IMG/VR virus record: IMGVR_UViG_3300031578_000004
Coordinates: 1 to 64,000 of that record
Strand: one strand, 5' to 3'
Source of the DNA: a virus
DNA length: 64,000 bases
Part shown: positions 22,462 through 34,242 of the stretch, in pieces
Layout of the letters: the number at the start of each line of letters is the position of its first letter
Numbering within the stretch: position 1 is the first letter of the stretch
Made by a program: the position numbers and the translations under genes
The notes under the pieces: generated by a model
The model's input: only the letters and a program-made list of their open reading frames with translations
Databases searched by the model: none
What the model was told of the DNA's origin: nothing

Positions 22462-22884
22462 CTATAAACTACATACTAATATTTCAATATCAGTATCGTT
22501 AAACACTTCTTGAATAATTTCTCTAACCTTACCCCATTGTAGTCTATCAAGACCACAACCTATCTTTGGCATTGCAATTTTATGTATATCTAATAGTAAA
22601 GCTTGGTTTTTCATTACTATTACAGCCTCAGTCAATGATTCAATAGTCGGTTTATTGTAATAAAACTTCTTAGTGATAAGATTGAAAACACCATTTACAT
22701 AAATACTGTTTGGATGCCTTCTTTGTTCTTTTGGTAAACTCAATAGATAAATTTTTAATTTAAATCTCTTTTGAAATTCAACCGCTATTCCAGCACCCAT
22801 TTCACAATCTGAAGATATGCAATGTGCTAATTTATACTCTTTTGGTACTTCAAATAGGTTCATTTTCTTTTCTATTAATTGCAT
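22462..22884 (-). CDS. Macrodomain ADP-ribose glycohydrolase (TARG1/DarG-like)
   Basis: AHCISSD..MGAGIA, NLITK, AMPKIGCGLDRL.W. Confidence 0.9.
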   Translation of the reverse strand: MQLIEKKMNLFEVPKEYKLAHCISSDCEMGAGIAVEFQKRFKLKIYLLSLPKEQRRHPNSIYVNGVFNLITKKFYYNKPTIESLTEAVIVMKNQALLLDIHKIAMPKIGCGLDRLQWGKVREIIQEVFNDTDIEILVCSL

Positions 22885-23200
22885 TTTTTACTTCCTCTCT
22901 ATTAATATCTTAATCTTATACCACTTACAAACTAACCAAACATGAATATCGTCAAAGAAGCAAACGACTTTCCATCTGAATAGTTTAAATCCTTTTAATG
23001 ATTTTTCATAGTCTGTGATAATAGTCCAATGATTTTGTAGTTTATTATTGTTTATAATTAAATACTCCTTTTTATTTTTATATACTTTGTTCATAATTAA
23101 ATACTAAAACAAGGGAATAAAGACTTTTATATCTCTACTCCCTTCTAGTATAGCATAGTGGTTTTATTTGTCAATAGGTTATTTGTTAATTTTATAGTTT

Positions 23201-25459
23201 TTATTTAATTAATTTTAGTAATTCTTTTAAGTATGTATTTCTATTAAAATCTGCTTTTTTCTTAATACATTTATTAACTGTCTCTGTTTCGCCAAAATGA
23301 AATACCTTTTGTTTAGCTCTAGTCTGACCTACATAAATAAGATTACTATTTAAATAGAATGTGTGTGCTTTAGGAGTTAACAAAATAACTATCTTTGCTT
23401 GACCGCCTTGGCTTTTCAATATGGATATTGAATATGCTAATTTTATTTGTGTTAATTCTGCTTTGGTATACACTACTTCCTCATCAAATTTAATAACAAT
23501 TTCATTATATCCAATCTTTATTATTGTACCTATTTCGCCATTGGGTACAAAAGTTTTGTCATCTTCATTACTAAAATTAGGATTATATTTGATTGCTTTA
23601 TAATTATTTACTGTTTGAATTACCAAATCACCTTCATAAAACTTTGTATCACCCATCTCAATATAAGTACCTTTTAATTGCACATTTGGATTTGATATCG
23701 GTTGTAGATGTTTATTAATATTTACTGTACCATATTCACCAATATTATATGCAGATAGGATTAATATATCTTCTCTTGTATAACCTGTTGATAATAATTT
23801 TTTATACAGTGCAGTAATATTACTAATTATCTTTTCTTGTTGTGTAGGTATAAACATATAACCCTTATCTTCTCCGAATTGTTCAGGTTGATTAGTGTCT
23901 CCTAAGAATTTTTCACACTTTCTTGTTTTTGTTGCTACAGTTAATATTCCACCTTTACCATATCTAAAAACTACAGTTAATGTATTTTGAGGAATAACAT
24001 TTGAATTAATCATGTCATAAAAAACATTACCAGCCGAAACAGAAGGCGTTTGGTTTTCATCTCCAACAAATAAAACCTTTGTTTTAGTAAAATCTATAGC
24101 CTCTATTAATCTTCTCATTAAGAAAACATCAATCATAGAAGACTCATCAACTATTACCATATCATATTCTAATTTATTTTGCTCATTATAACCCCATCCT
24201 AGTGCTGGGTTATACATTAATCCTCTATGTATAGTTGAAGCTGGTTTAGATGTAAATTCTGAAACTACTTTAGCTGCCCTACCTGTAGGAGATAGTATTA
24301 AAAATGTCTTAACGTTATCTATAAGCATATTTAATACTGCTTTGGTAGATTGACTCTTGCCCATTCCTGCCCCTCCACGAAGTATAGATATATTATCTTT
24401 ACATATCATAGGTATGGTCAAACACTGTTCTTCAGTTAATTGAATATCATCTAACTGACTATAATCTTTTTCTTTTATTTCCCATTTATTTTCTACTTTC
24501 AACCCTTCAATAATTCTATCTGCTATGTATTGTTCAGTATTAAAAGTTTCTTGTAAAGCTACAGTCATAGATTTTTTATCAAAATAAATATCTTCATCAT
24601 TTTTAACTATATCTACAAAATGTTCTATACACTTATTAGCTAATGTTTCTGATTGTTTTCTTAATTCCTTAATATCTATTCTAGTATTACCATTATTCTC
24701 GTTTTCTTCTAATAGAAACATAATAGCTGCTTTTTGCCTTTGTGGTGAAGTTAACAAATCAACAGTAAAATTAATAGGTGGTGTTTCACCTACACTTATC
24801 ATTTTCTTACACTCTTCATTAAACTCTAGTAGTATTTTATCTGCGGTTTTGAAAGAAATACGTGAGAGTTTGCAAAGACATTTGTAGGGATTGTCGATTA
24901 ATACTTCCTTTATTCTTTCTATTGAATTATATTTATCATATAAAACCTTGAGTACTTTAAATTCAAAATACCCTTTAAATTCGTTGACCATATCGGCAAG
25001 TGCAAAATTTTCAATAATTCTCTTTTTAATAATATTAAAACGATATTCTCCTATATTGTAGAGCTTCTTTAAATCAACATCTTCTAGTCTATTATTAATA
25101 ACTCTATCAATTATATCTGGATAATTTTTCATAAGTTCTTCTACTTGTTGCTGTGATTCTAATATTTGAGATAAAAACAATCTTACAGATGTTTCGGTTT
25201 TAGGTCTATCCATCTCTATATTATTTATTTTGTAGGTTATACCATTCTTACCTGATTCTTCTATGGCTTTTACTTTATACTCAACACCATTCTCGAGGTC
25301 ATGTATATTTCCTGCAATAGATACGTTTCCAAATTTGTTAAGTTTTATATTTGGAAATTTATTATAATCTACTGCTAATCCATAAACTTTAAAATTTTCA
25401 GAATTGTAAGGGTTGGCTACTACCGTTCCCTTAAACTCTAAATTTTTTTTATCTGTCAA
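23201..25459 (-). CDS. recD2: RecD2-like SF1B helicase
   Basis: GGAGMGKS, SPTGRAA, DESSM, VGDENQ..SV..G, AYSISILKSQG, YVGQTRAK. Confidence 0.9.
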   Translation of the reverse strand: MTDKKNLEFKGTVVANPYNSENFKVYGLAVDYNKFPNIKLNKFGNVSIAGNIHDLENGVEYKVKAIEESGKNGITYKINNIEMDRPKTETSVRLFLSQILESQQQVEELMKNYPDIIDRVINNRLEDVDLKKLYNIGEYRFNIIKKRIIENFALADMVNEFKGYFEFKVLKVLYDKYNSIERIKEVLIDNPYKCLCKLSRISFKTADKILLEFNEECKKMISVGETPPINFTVDLLTSPQRQKAAIMFLLEENENNGNTRIDIKELRKQSETLANKCIEHFVDIVKNDEDIYFDKKSMTVALQETFNTEQYIADRIIEGLKVENKWEIKEKDYSQLDDIQLTEEQCLTIPMICKDNISILRGGAGMGKSQSTKAVLNMLIDNVKTFLILSPTGRAAKVVSEFTSKPASTIHRGLMYNPALGWGYNEQNKLEYDMVIVDESSMIDVFLMRRLIEAIDFTKTKVLFVGDENQTPSVSAGNVFYDMINSNVIPQNTLTVVFRYGKGGILTVATKTRKCEKFLGDTNQPEQFGEDKGYMFIPTQQEKIISNITALYKKLLSTGYTREDILILSAYNIGEYGTVNINKHLQPISNPNVQLKGTYIEMGDTKFYEGDLVIQTVNNYKAIKYNPNFSNEDDKTFVPNGEIGTIIKIGYNEIVIKFDEEVVYTKAELTQIKLAYSISILKSQGGQAKIVILLTPKAHTFYLNSNLIYVGQTRAKQKVFHFGETETVNKCIKKKADFNRNTYLKELLKLIK

Positions 25460-25476
25460 ATTATCACCTCTTTATT

Positions 25477-28400
25477 TTAATATACTTCATATGAATATAG
25501 AATATCTTCTAATTCACTTGTTTTTTGCCACTTGCCACCTATGTTTTTAGTTTTATATTGTTGTTTCCATTCATTTACTTTTAAAACATCATATAATTTA
25601 AATGGATTTTCTATAAACACCTGTGGGTCTTTAATCTTAGTCTTAATTTCATCACCTGTCTGTATATGTTTTAAAGTAACATAAGGTTTTCTTTTATCAT
25701 TATAAGTTGTATATTCAATAACAATATAAAACTTTTCATTAACTTCAGGATTTGTATAGACTACATATTCCAAATAATCCTTCTCGAATTTTACTTGTTC
25801 TTTTACAGATAGTGAAGCATCCTCAATATTATTTGTTAGTTCTGTGATTAAACCAATAATATCTATTTCTTTATACAACGCTTCGGTTTCTTTATTGCTA
25901 TATTTTTTAATTAACACTTCGGTTAATCCTAACTTTTCTAGTTCTGATTTCTTAATTTGCTTTCTGCCATTGAAATTACTAAATATATTTATATAACTTA
26001 ATAATTTTTTATTCTTTCCGTACTTTCTAAAGAATCCCAAACCAGTTAAAATCATTAAGTGTCTTGAATTTACCGAAGTCTTTTCTACTATATCTTTTAA
26101 TAGTTCGACAAACGTATTGTATTTATTATTTCTTAATTCATAAAGTTCATATGCTATTTGAGCATTGCAGAATTTAATACTTTCAATTCCTTTGTATATA
26201 GTATTAGTTGTTTTATCAAAAGTATATTTATCAATTGACTGTCCAAACTCAATAGGCTTTATTTTGATATTTTTCAGCTTTGCTAATTCTATGCCATTAT
26301 TAGTATCCTCTTCATTATTTGCATTATTTAAATACGCTGTTATAAATTCAATGGGATGATAATACCTAAAATACCCACATAAATAACCTATCATACTATA
26401 ACCTGTTGAATGGTTATATCCAAACATATAAGAAGATGCTGATTCTATAATATCTAAAAATTCTTTTGCTTCCTTTTCAGATTCTTCTCTAGGTTTATCT
26501 GATTTATTGCAATAACCTTCTAATATTTTAGGAAGTGCTTCATCAATTCTATCTTTTTGTTTCCTACCAATAGCTCTTCTTACATTATCTGCTTCGCTAC
26601 CACTAAGACCACAAATTTGTTGTAAAAAAGCAATAACATCTTCCTGAAAAACGAGAAATCCATTATTATTTTTTAAAAGGCTATCAATTAATACTGAAGG
26701 ATTATTATTAAACTCTCTTGCTATTAATTTATCTCTATAACTAGCACCAGATGGGCGTAGACAGGCATTCACTAAAGATAAATCATTTATTTTTAATGGG
26801 ACATAATTTTTCAATAAGTTAAAAGCATAACTTCCTTCAAATTGAAATATTCCTACATTAGAAGTAATTATATCGTCCCAAACCTTTCTATCCTCCCAAT
26901 CAATTTCATGTGATAAAGGATAAGGAATATCTAACATAGAACAGGTATCTTTTATAATTTCAATATTTTTTAGTCCTAATATATCATATTTTACTAGAGA
27001 TACCTCATGTACTTCTTCCATATTAATACATAAAATTCTTTTACCCTCTTTCCAAATAGTTCCATAATTATCTGGTAGAGAAATAGGACTTGCTATCATT
27101 CCTGCTGGATGCATTGATTGTGAGATTGATGTATTTAAAAGTCCATCAAAATAATAAAACAAGTCAGGATATTTAACTTTAGCTTCTTCTGGATTTTTTT
27201 CATACTCATCTTTTATTAATGACACAGTAGGTAAAGGATAATCTAATGCTCTGCCTATTGTGTCGATAGTACCCTTATCAACCATTGTTCCAATTGCTAA
27301 AATATAAGCAGTATAATCAGTTCCAAATCTATTGATAATATAATTATAAACTAATTCTCTTTGAGAAGGACTGAAATCGACATCAATATCCCCAATCTCA
27401 ACACGACTTTCATTTGCAAATCTTGAAAAAACTGTATTCCATTTAATAGGATTTAAATCTATTATATCAAGGATATATGCAATAGTGCTACCCCCAACAC
27501 TTCCACGACAATTTCCAAAAGGTATACCATTATCCTTGCACCATGTCATCATCTCTGACATAAATAACATAAATCCAATCATTCCTACCTTTTTTATAAC
27601 TCTTAGTTCTTCTAAAATATTATCTTTGTAAATTTTATCCTTATTAATTATTCCTTGTTTAATTTTATATTTATATTTTGTATTAATAAGTTTTTTAAAA
27701 ACACTTTCTTCATTGTCATATAATATAGGATATTTAAAAGATAAATCAAGTTCAAAACTTACAATGGAATCTGACATTATATTAGTATTATTAATTGCTT
27801 CTAAATATATAGACTCAGGTAATATATCCTGCTGTTTGAACATTTCTACTACTTCATTATAACTTTTGTATGTAAGGTCATATTTATCTTCATCGCTATA
27901 TTCAATTTTCTTTGATTTCTGAAGAATATCCCTGCATTCAGATTTATATGAATTAAGAGAATGAGTATCTGTACCAGCAATTAAAGGTTTATTATATTTT
28001 AATGATAAATCCCAAAGCTTTTGATTATAAACTTTTTGACTTTCAGAATAAATATGTGGTTGTACTTCATAATAATCGTATTTATTTAATAATTTCTCAT
28101 AATATATATCATCTATATCCAATCTATTTAAAGGCGAAGCTAAACAAGCTGAGATTCTAATTATATTATCTGATATATTTAAAAATTCATCAAAAGTTAT
28201 TCTATTTTTATAATAAAAATGGTCTTCTTGAGTAGAAATATCAATTAATTTATTTAATTCCTTTAGTCCTTCATAATTACGACATATCAATATAGTATGA
28301 AAGTTATCTCTAATTTTATCATCTAAACTTTTAGTCAAATACATTTCTACGCCATGAATATATTTTATATTATTTTTATCACAATACATTTTTTTATTTA

Positions 28401-28545
28401 TCCAATTATAAATATTCCCATGTTCCGTAAAGCAAATAGAACTTTGACCAAGTTCTATTGCTTTATCTATGTATAATTTATAATTAGTACAACTATCTAA
28501 GAGAGACAATTCAGTATGAAGGTGATATGTAACGTAATTTTTCAT
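25477..28545 (-). CDS. dnaE: DNA polymerase III alpha subunit
   Basis: PHP domain (HLHTELSLLD, TEHG, TDTH), RGSVGG, DIDVDF, SMHPAG, KYDILGL; no intein seen. Confidence 0.95.
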   Translation of the reverse strand: MKNYVTYHLHTELSLLDSCTNYKLYIDKAIELGQSSICFTEHGNIYNWINKKMYCDKNNIKYIHGVEMYLTKSLDDKIRDNFHTILICRNYEGLKELNKLIDISTQEDHFYYKNRITFDEFLNISDNIIRISACLASPLNRLDIDDIYYEKLLNKYDYYEVQPHIYSESQKVYNQKLWDLSLKYNKPLIAGTDTHSLNSYKSECRDILQKSKKIEYSDEDKYDLTYKSYNEVVEMFKQQDILPESIYLEAINNTNIMSDSIVSFELDLSFKYPILYDNEESVFKKLINTKYKYKIKQGIINKDKIYKDNILEELRVIKKVGMIGFMLFMSEMMTWCKDNGIPFGNCRGSVGGSTIAYILDIIDLNPIKWNTVFSRFANESRVEIGDIDVDFSPSQRELVYNYIINRFGTDYTAYILAIGTMVDKGTIDTIGRALDYPLPTVSLIKDEYEKNPEEAKVKYPDLFYYFDGLLNTSISQSMHPAGMIASPISLPDNYGTIWKEGKRILCINMEEVHEVSLVKYDILGLKNIEIIKDTCSMLDIPYPLSHEIDWEDRKVWDDIITSNVGIFQFEGSYAFNLLKNYVPLKINDLSLVNACLRPSGASYRDKLIAREFNNNPSVLIDSLLKNNNGFLVFQEDVIAFLQQICGLSGSEADNVRRAIGRKQKDRIDEALPKILEGYCNKSDKPREESEKEAKEFLDIIESASSYMFGYNHSTGYSMIGYLCGYFRYYHPIEFITAYLNNANNEEDTNNGIELAKLKNIKIKPIEFGQSIDKYTFDKTTNTIYKGIESIKFCNAQIAYELYELRNNKYNTFVELLKDIVEKTSVNSRHLMILTGLGFFRKYGKNKKLLSYINIFSNFNGRKQIKKSELEKLGLTEVLIKKYSNKETEALYKEIDIIGLITELTNNIEDASLSVKEQVKFEKDYLEYVVYTNPEVNEKFYIVIEYTTYNDKRKPYVTLKHIQTGDEIKTKIKDPQVFIENPFKLYDVLKVNEWKQQYKTKNIGGKWQKTSELEDILYSYEVY

Positions 28546-28757
28546 TTTGCCTCCTTTATTATACTATTAATGTTTTTACCTTTAGACATTTTTCCCCAAG
28601 TATTTTTATAACTTAAGTTAAACCTTATACAAATATCTGTAAGTAAAATTTCTTCATTAATATATTTTTGATAACACCAATCATAATATTGATAAATAGC
28701 TTTAAATTTTGAATTATATTTATTCAATTATCTACCTCTATTTTTATATTTTTCATT

Positions 28758-29906
28758 CTAAATATTTTCAAGCCATGACATATCATCTTCAACAATTTTA
28801 CCATCTTTAACAAAACTATCTTTATTTAACTCTTTCTTCGCATTTAATTTTTCTAAATATTCTCGATAAGGTAAATGAAGTTTTGCTGAATAACCACTTA
28901 AATTAGCAAAATAATAACTCTGTCCATCAGTAACTTCTTCCCACCAAATATGTTCATCTTTTGTCTTAAAATATTCTATTTCTTTTTTACCTATCTCAAC
29001 AATTGTATCTACTATATCTAATTTTAAACTGTCAATTGCTTCTTCAGTAATAGGTATATAAACATAACAATCTGAAATTTTATATTTATCTTTTATATCT
29101 TCTGGTAGATTATTTATATCATTTGTACTTTCTAATAAATCCAAATATGATTCTATTTCTTCATTAGTATAACAATTTGCTTTGGTTAACCACATTTTCG
29201 CATTTGATTTTAAACTTTCACCAATTTCAGTTCTTATTATGTTTCTTTCAGTAGATTTTCCATTAGCTTGTTGTACTTCAACAATTACATACTTGAGAAA
29301 GTTCCATCTAGCCTTGATTTTATCCAACGGAATACCTAATTGTCTAATACCTTCACTATATAAAACTAATTGTCCTATTTCTTTTAGTATCTTTTTTCCT
29401 GTGTAAATAGATGATGATTTCCAATCTGAAATTATGTAGTAATCATCTTCTTTATGTATAGCATCAATATATCCCTGAAATATGAAATTATTTATTTTAA
29501 TTGTTATAAATCTTTCTAACTCTAATTTCTTATTAATTACAGTATGATTTTGAAAAAAATGTCTTATACAAGCCTCATATTTATTTGCTATTGCATCGTT
29601 CTTTTCTTTATTACATCTATCATATTTTAATTCTCCTACATTGAATGTAAATAAAGCATCTTCGTATTCTTGTAACATATCTTCATATTTAATTTCTTTT
29701 GAATATAGTTTTTCGAGAATTGTATGGCATATATTACCAGAAATTCCATATATCCCATCATCTCTATCTTCTTTTACTTTAGCTATATACTTTAAGTAGA
29801 ATTCAAAACAACTGTTTTTATATGTATTGTATTTAGACCAACTCCAGAGCTGACTTACTTTGAATTTCTTTTTTATTAATTCTAATTGTTCAGGTGTTTT
29901 TCTCAT
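28758..29906 (-). CDS. PD-(D/E)XK nuclease (AddB/Cas4-like)
   Basis: SWSK, G..CH..LE, GYID, DWKS, QL.LY. Confidence 0.85.
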   Translation of the reverse strand: MRKTPEQLELIKKKFKVSQLWSWSKYNTYKNSCFEFYLKYIAKVKEDRDDGIYGISGNICHTILEKLYSKEIKYEDMLQEYEDALFTFNVGELKYDRCNKEKNDAIANKYEACIRHFFQNHTVINKKLELERFITIKINNFIFQGYIDAIHKEDDYYIISDWKSSSIYTGKKILKEIGQLVLYSEGIRQLGIPLDKIKARWNFLKYVIVEVQQANGKSTERNIIRTEIGESLKSNAKMWLTKANCYTNEEIESYLDLLESTNDINNLPEDIKDKYKISDCYVYIPITEEAIDSLKLDIVDTIVEIGKKEIEYFKTKDEHIWWEEVTDGQSYYFANLSGYSAKLHLPYREYLEKLNAKKELNKDSFVKDGKIVEDDMSWLENI

Positions 29907-30970
29907 ACATCCTCCTTATACTTCAAATATTCTTTATGTTCATTTTCGTCATATTTAACCCTATATTTAAACAAATAATTATATATTTTATTAGTTGCAT
30001 CCATGGGAGCTTCTTTATCTTTTAATAAATTATATTTATCATATATATAAAACACATTTCTAATGTTATAAAACTTTTCACACATATCTCTTATATGATT
30101 TATACTTATTCCAACATCCATTGCAATTACAACTTCCACATTTAATCCAATTATAATTTTAACTTGCTCATCTGAAATATCATGACTTCCTATTGATACA
30201 ACTGTTTTATCATTCCTACTATGTCTTTTTAAAACAGATTTTTGACTTTCAGCTATTACCACAACGGATGATTCTTGAATACTTTTATAGTTTTCTTGTA
30301 ATCCGTATAAGTTTGAACTTTTAGGAAATGATTTTATAGGAAAATACTTTGGAATATCAAATAATTCAAAATTAGGTACAATAGTGCGACCCATTATTCC
30401 TATAAATTCATTTGGTTCTCCACACCAATATCTTTCTGGGATGATTATTCTTCTATACTTAGGACTATAACCAATTTTAAATTCTTCACAAGTATTAGGC
30501 ATAATACCTTCTCTCACCCAATCAATATGTGGATAAGGCATATAGTCAGTTAGTTCATTTTCATCTAGTAATTCTATATCGTACACATTGCATATATTGT
30601 TTTTATTCTTAACTCTTTTAAATATTTGCAGAGGGTCATTCATTTCTTTTTCTTTTGTATCTTTTAATTTAAATTTATATTCTAATTCTAGTATTTCATG
30701 TAAGTATTTAATTGCTTTAACAAATATTATATTCTTAATTGTCATACAAAGTGTTAAGATATCACCTCTAATTATTTTTTCATCAGATTGAAATATCTTA
30801 ACACCTAATGTATCTTTTTTTATTGCAATGGCTGTTTTATTTTGTCTATCAGGCAACCCTGCTCTAAACTCTTTAAAATGAGATTTGATGTCATGGCAAC
30901 CCAATTCTTCTAATATAAATTCAATTTTATCATTATCAATTATGTATTGTTTTAACTCCATAACATCCAT
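29903..30970 (-). CDS. DNA primase (TOPRIM)
   Basis: IIIP...GR, LYGL, AESQKSV, IAMD; adjacent to helicase as in SPbeta-like replisomes. Confidence 0.8.
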   Translation of the reverse strand: MDVMELKQYIIDNDKIEFILEELGCHDIKSHFKEFRAGLPDRQNKTAIAIKKDTLGVKIFQSDEKIIRGDILTLCMTIKNIIFVKAIKYLHEILELEYKFKLKDTKEKEMNDPLQIFKRVKNKNNICNVYDIELLDENELTDYMPYPHIDWVREGIMPNTCEEFKIGYSPKYRRIIIPERYWCGEPNEFIGIMGRTIVPNFELFDIPKYFPIKSFPKSSNLYGLQENYKSIQESSVVVIAESQKSVLKRHSRNDKTVVSIGSHDISDEQVKIIIGLNVEVVIAMDVGISINHIRDMCEKFYNIRNVFYIYDKYNLLKDKEAPMDATNKIYNYLFKYRVKYDENEHKEYLKYKEDV

Positions 30971-30979
30971 TACTATTAC

Positions 30980-32494
30980 CTACCAATCCATAGGAACATT
31001 AGCTATTCCTATTTCTTTATATACATTTCTACTTAAATCATTCTCAGCTATAATTTGAAATTCATTTGTTGCTCCAAACCTATTCTTAGTTATAAAAATA
31101 ATACTATAATGTTTATCTCTATCTAATGTAAAAGGAATCTTTGTAAGTCCTCTTTTACCTTCTAGTCTATAACATTTTAATTCATTTTTACCACCTAAAT
31201 ATTCATCATCAAATGGTTTTCTAATCATTATATTAGTAGATGCTACGTCTACAATATTCTTAGCCAAGCCGATATTATCATTAGTATAATATCTTTGTTT
31301 TGTACTTCCTTTACCTAACTGATATGTAATCCATATATGAACATTTTTTACTGTAGGTTTGATTGTGTCATAAATTGCAACACTATCTTTTGTCATTTCA
31401 CTCCATATTTGCTCTGTTTGAGTATCCGTACTGACTTTAAATGTATCTAATATAAATTTTTTACAACCCATACTGGCATATTTCTTAATTATTTTTATTG
31501 CTAAAGATGTTTTATATCTTGGTAGAGGTATAATTGTAAGGATTTTACTTTCTTTTTTTTCTTCAATCCAATCTGCACATTTCCATAATACTTCCATATG
31601 CTCTTTTGAAAAATTCCCATCTCTTAATATATACTTTTGAATATTCATATTAAATATATTATTTGCTGTCCACATCAACAATTCTGTCTGCCATTTTTCT
31701 TTATCTTCTTCATTAATTATTATACAAAGTTTTTCATTATATTTTATTGTCTGTGGGAGTATCCATTCAATAGTTGTGGTGGTCTTACCTGCTCCGCTTA
31801 ATGCACCCAACATAGTTACATTACCTTCTAAATTACCTCCAATTTCTTTGTTTAATATGGGAGAATTAAATAATGGCATTCCTACATTTCTCCCATTATT
31901 TAATTTATCTAATAATGTATGCAATCCTTCGCAGAGGTTATAACTCTTTACATTCCCATCTACACTAACAAACACATGATTAATCTTTGCTTCCCATTCA
32001 TCATATATTTGGTCTGCTGTCATATCTGCAAATCTACTTAGGTCATCATATACAGGAAACTTCATTTTGAGTAATTGTAAAACTACATTCCATTTTTTTA
32101 ATTCATTGATATAACCATCCATATTTTCTTCTTTTACATATTCTTTTGCTTTTAGAATGGTATTGTAGCCACCGTAACTTGTATATTTTTCTTGTAATTT
32201 AAGATGTTTTTCTAAATACAATCCTATGGTTATATCATCTAAAGACTTTTTATCTTCTTTAATTACAATATCATGAGCAATTGTATAATATACTTTCCAT
32301 GCATTTTCGCTAAAGTCTTCTAGCTTTAAATTATCATATGTATATATTAATTCTAAATTTGAATAAAATATTGAAACTATATTTGCTTCAGCAGCTAGTT
32401 TAAATTCTCTTACTTTTTTTACAGCTTTTACGAGTTCCTCTTCAAACGCTGTAATTTCTTTTTTTGTAGATGATTTTGTTGTTGTTTTTGCCAA
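30980..32494 (-). CDS. dnaB: DnaB-like replicative helicase
   Basis: GALSGAGKT, INEE, ILDT, TYQL, KNRFG. Confidence 0.85.
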   Translation of the reverse strand: MAKTTTKSSTKKEITAFEEELVKAVKKVREFKLAAEANIVSIFYSNLELIYTYDNLKLEDFSENAWKVYYTIAHDIVIKEDKKSLDDITIGLYLEKHLKLQEKYTSYGGYNTILKAKEYVKEENMDGYINELKKWNVVLQLLKMKFPVYDDLSRFADMTADQIYDEWEAKINHVFVSVDGNVKSYNLCEGLHTLLDKLNNGRNVGMPLFNSPILNKEIGGNLEGNVTMLGALSGAGKTTTTIEWILPQTIKYNEKLCIIINEEDKEKWQTELLMWTANNIFNMNIQKYILRDGNFSKEHMEVLWKCADWIEEKKESKILTIIPLPRYKTSLAIKIIKKYASMGCKKFILDTFKVSTDTQTEQIWSEMTKDSVAIYDTIKPTVKNVHIWITYQLGKGSTKQRYYTNDNIGLAKNIVDVASTNIMIRKPFDDEYLGGKNELKCYRLEGKRGLTKIPFTLDRDKHYSIIFITKNRFGATNEFQIIAENDLSRNVYKEIGIANVPMDW

Positions 32495-32506
32495 TATATC
32501 ACCGTC

Positions 32507-32950
32507 CTAAAACCATAATTCATCTAAATCTTTATTAACTTGTGTTGTTTTACTTTTATATTCAGAGCCTTCATTAGTTTGATTTTCCATTTTCATTTTT
32601 TCTATTTTATCTTCAGAATGTTTTACATTTTTCAATCTTATGGTTACATCATTTATTTCATTTTCTACAAATAACATAATAGTATTTATCTTATGTCTTT
32701 CATCTTTAAATTTAGTTTGATTACCTATGAAGTATTGTAATATTTTAGACTTGCATATTTTAAATGTAATTAATATTGTTTTATAATCATAATTTGCTTG
32801 AGGTGTTTGCTTTTTATTAGCAATAAACTGTCCACTCTCCAACCCTCTTAATCTTAACGCTAAATATTTAGGAAACTTCATATCATTTGGGTACTCTAAT
32901 ATTTCTTTTTTTACATATTCACATAAATCATTCCACTCATTGTTAGCCAT
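32507..32950 (-). CDS. Replisome-associated hypothetical protein (position of SPbeta YorH)
   Basis: Between the AAA ATPase and helicase. Confidence 0.5.
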   Translation of the reverse strand: MANNEWNDLCEYVKKEILEYPNDMKFPKYLALRLRGLESGQFIANKKQTPQANYDYKTILITFKICKSKILQYFIGNQTKFKDERHKINTIMLFVENEINDVTIRLKNVKHSEDKIEKMKMENQTNEGSEYKSKTTQVNKDLDELWF

Positions 32951-33025
32951 AGTCTCACCTCTAATTTAATATTTAGGAAGAGAAATTAATCTCTCCCCAT
33001 TATTAAAATCTATAATTTTATAATT

Positions 33026-34168
33026 TTATAATATTTCTATTAAATCTAATAACTCTTTTGCATGTTCTAAATTGTCAACCTTTGTAGGATTTATGTATCC
33101 TAACTCTTTTGATTTAACAAGTAAAGGCTTTAATTTATCTGTATTTGTTTTATTAGCCTTTACAAAATTTGTTATCTTTTTTAATACCTCATCTAATTCC
33201 TTTAAATCGAAATCTGCTTTCTTTATAGAAACATTTTTTTCAACAAGTTTTTCTTTCTCTTTTTCTTGCTCTTTTTTAGTATCTTCTGTAGATTTATTTC
33301 CAACTTGTTTATCATGCTCTACTTTTATTGCATCTTCAACTGCTTTTATAAACTCATCAGGATTCAAAGCTATAGTATCAATAATTTCTGAGAATCTTGA
33401 TTTTGAATCTATATTAAAATTGTCATCTCTAAAAGTAATAAGTCTTGTTTCATTTTCAATTGTACCTTTTACTTCATCTTTCTTTTCTTTGCCTTTTCCA
33501 ACTTTTTTACCAGTTTTAGCCTGAGTAATTTGTCTATCAATAGAAGCTACCCCAAGGACATGTAATTTATTTTTTATAGCATTAAAATATCTATTAGACA
33601 TATTAGTTGTGAGCATGTCATATTCAATACCAGTAACCACATCAGTTAATGTTCTTTTCTTTGTATGTCCTAGTATAAACATACTTACTCCGACTTTCTT
33701 TAATTCCCAAATTCTATCAGTAATAATTTCTATTGCTTTATCTTCTCCACTCATATATCCACCGAAAGCTGCTTTTATTGTTGTAACTGGCTTATCGGGA
33801 TTTTCACTATTGTGTAGTCTTATAACTTCCGGTTCTGCTATTTCAAATAATTCATCCAGTGTATCATATACAATAACTTTTAAATCTTTATAATCTGTAA
33901 GTTTATTTTCCAATATATCATCAGTAATTTCTTCAAATGCATCCCAATCTGGAACGTCTTCATACATTGCACCAGCAATGGCATCTATACCATCTTCTTT
34001 ACCTATATTTGCTATTATATATCCATTTTCTCCAACTAACTTCTCACAAACCTCTTTTGCAAGAGTAGTCTTTCCAATTCCACTTTCTCCAATTAACCCT
34101 AAATTATAAGCTAAAGGGTCTATCTTAATTACATTCTTTTTACCGAATTTCCCCAAAACATATTCCAC
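33026..34168 (-). CDS. AAA_24/Sak4-like ATPase
   Basis: GESGIGKT, VYDTLD, GH, SKSR. Confidence 0.8.
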   Translation of the reverse strand: MEYVLGKFGKKNVIKIDPLAYNLGLIGESGIGKTTLAKEVCEKLVGENGYIIANIGKEDGIDAIAGAMYEDVPDWDAFEEITDDILENKLTDYKDLKVIVYDTLDELFEIAEPEVIRLHNSENPDKPVTTIKAAFGGYMSGEDKAIEIITDRIWELKKVGVSMFILGHTKKRTLTDVVTGIEYDMLTTNMSNRYFNAIKNKLHVLGVASIDRQITQAKTGKKVGKGKEKKDEVKGTIENETRLITFRDDNFNIDSKSRFSEIIDTIALNPDEFIKAVEDAIKVEHDKQVGNKSTEDTKKEQEKEKEKLVEKNVSIKKADFDLKELDEVLKKITNFVKANKTNTDKLKPLLVKSKELGYINPTKVDNLEHAKELLDLIEIL

Positions 34169-34242
34169 CTTTCAATTATTTAATTTAATTATTTAAGTTG
34201 AGAGGAGAGCGATAAACTCTCCTCGTGTAATTTTACTTAATT

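Noticed and set aside
12237-28545. Introns or inteins in nrdD, recD2 or dnaE
   Set aside because: ORFs are continuous and of normal length with no splicing motifs seen.
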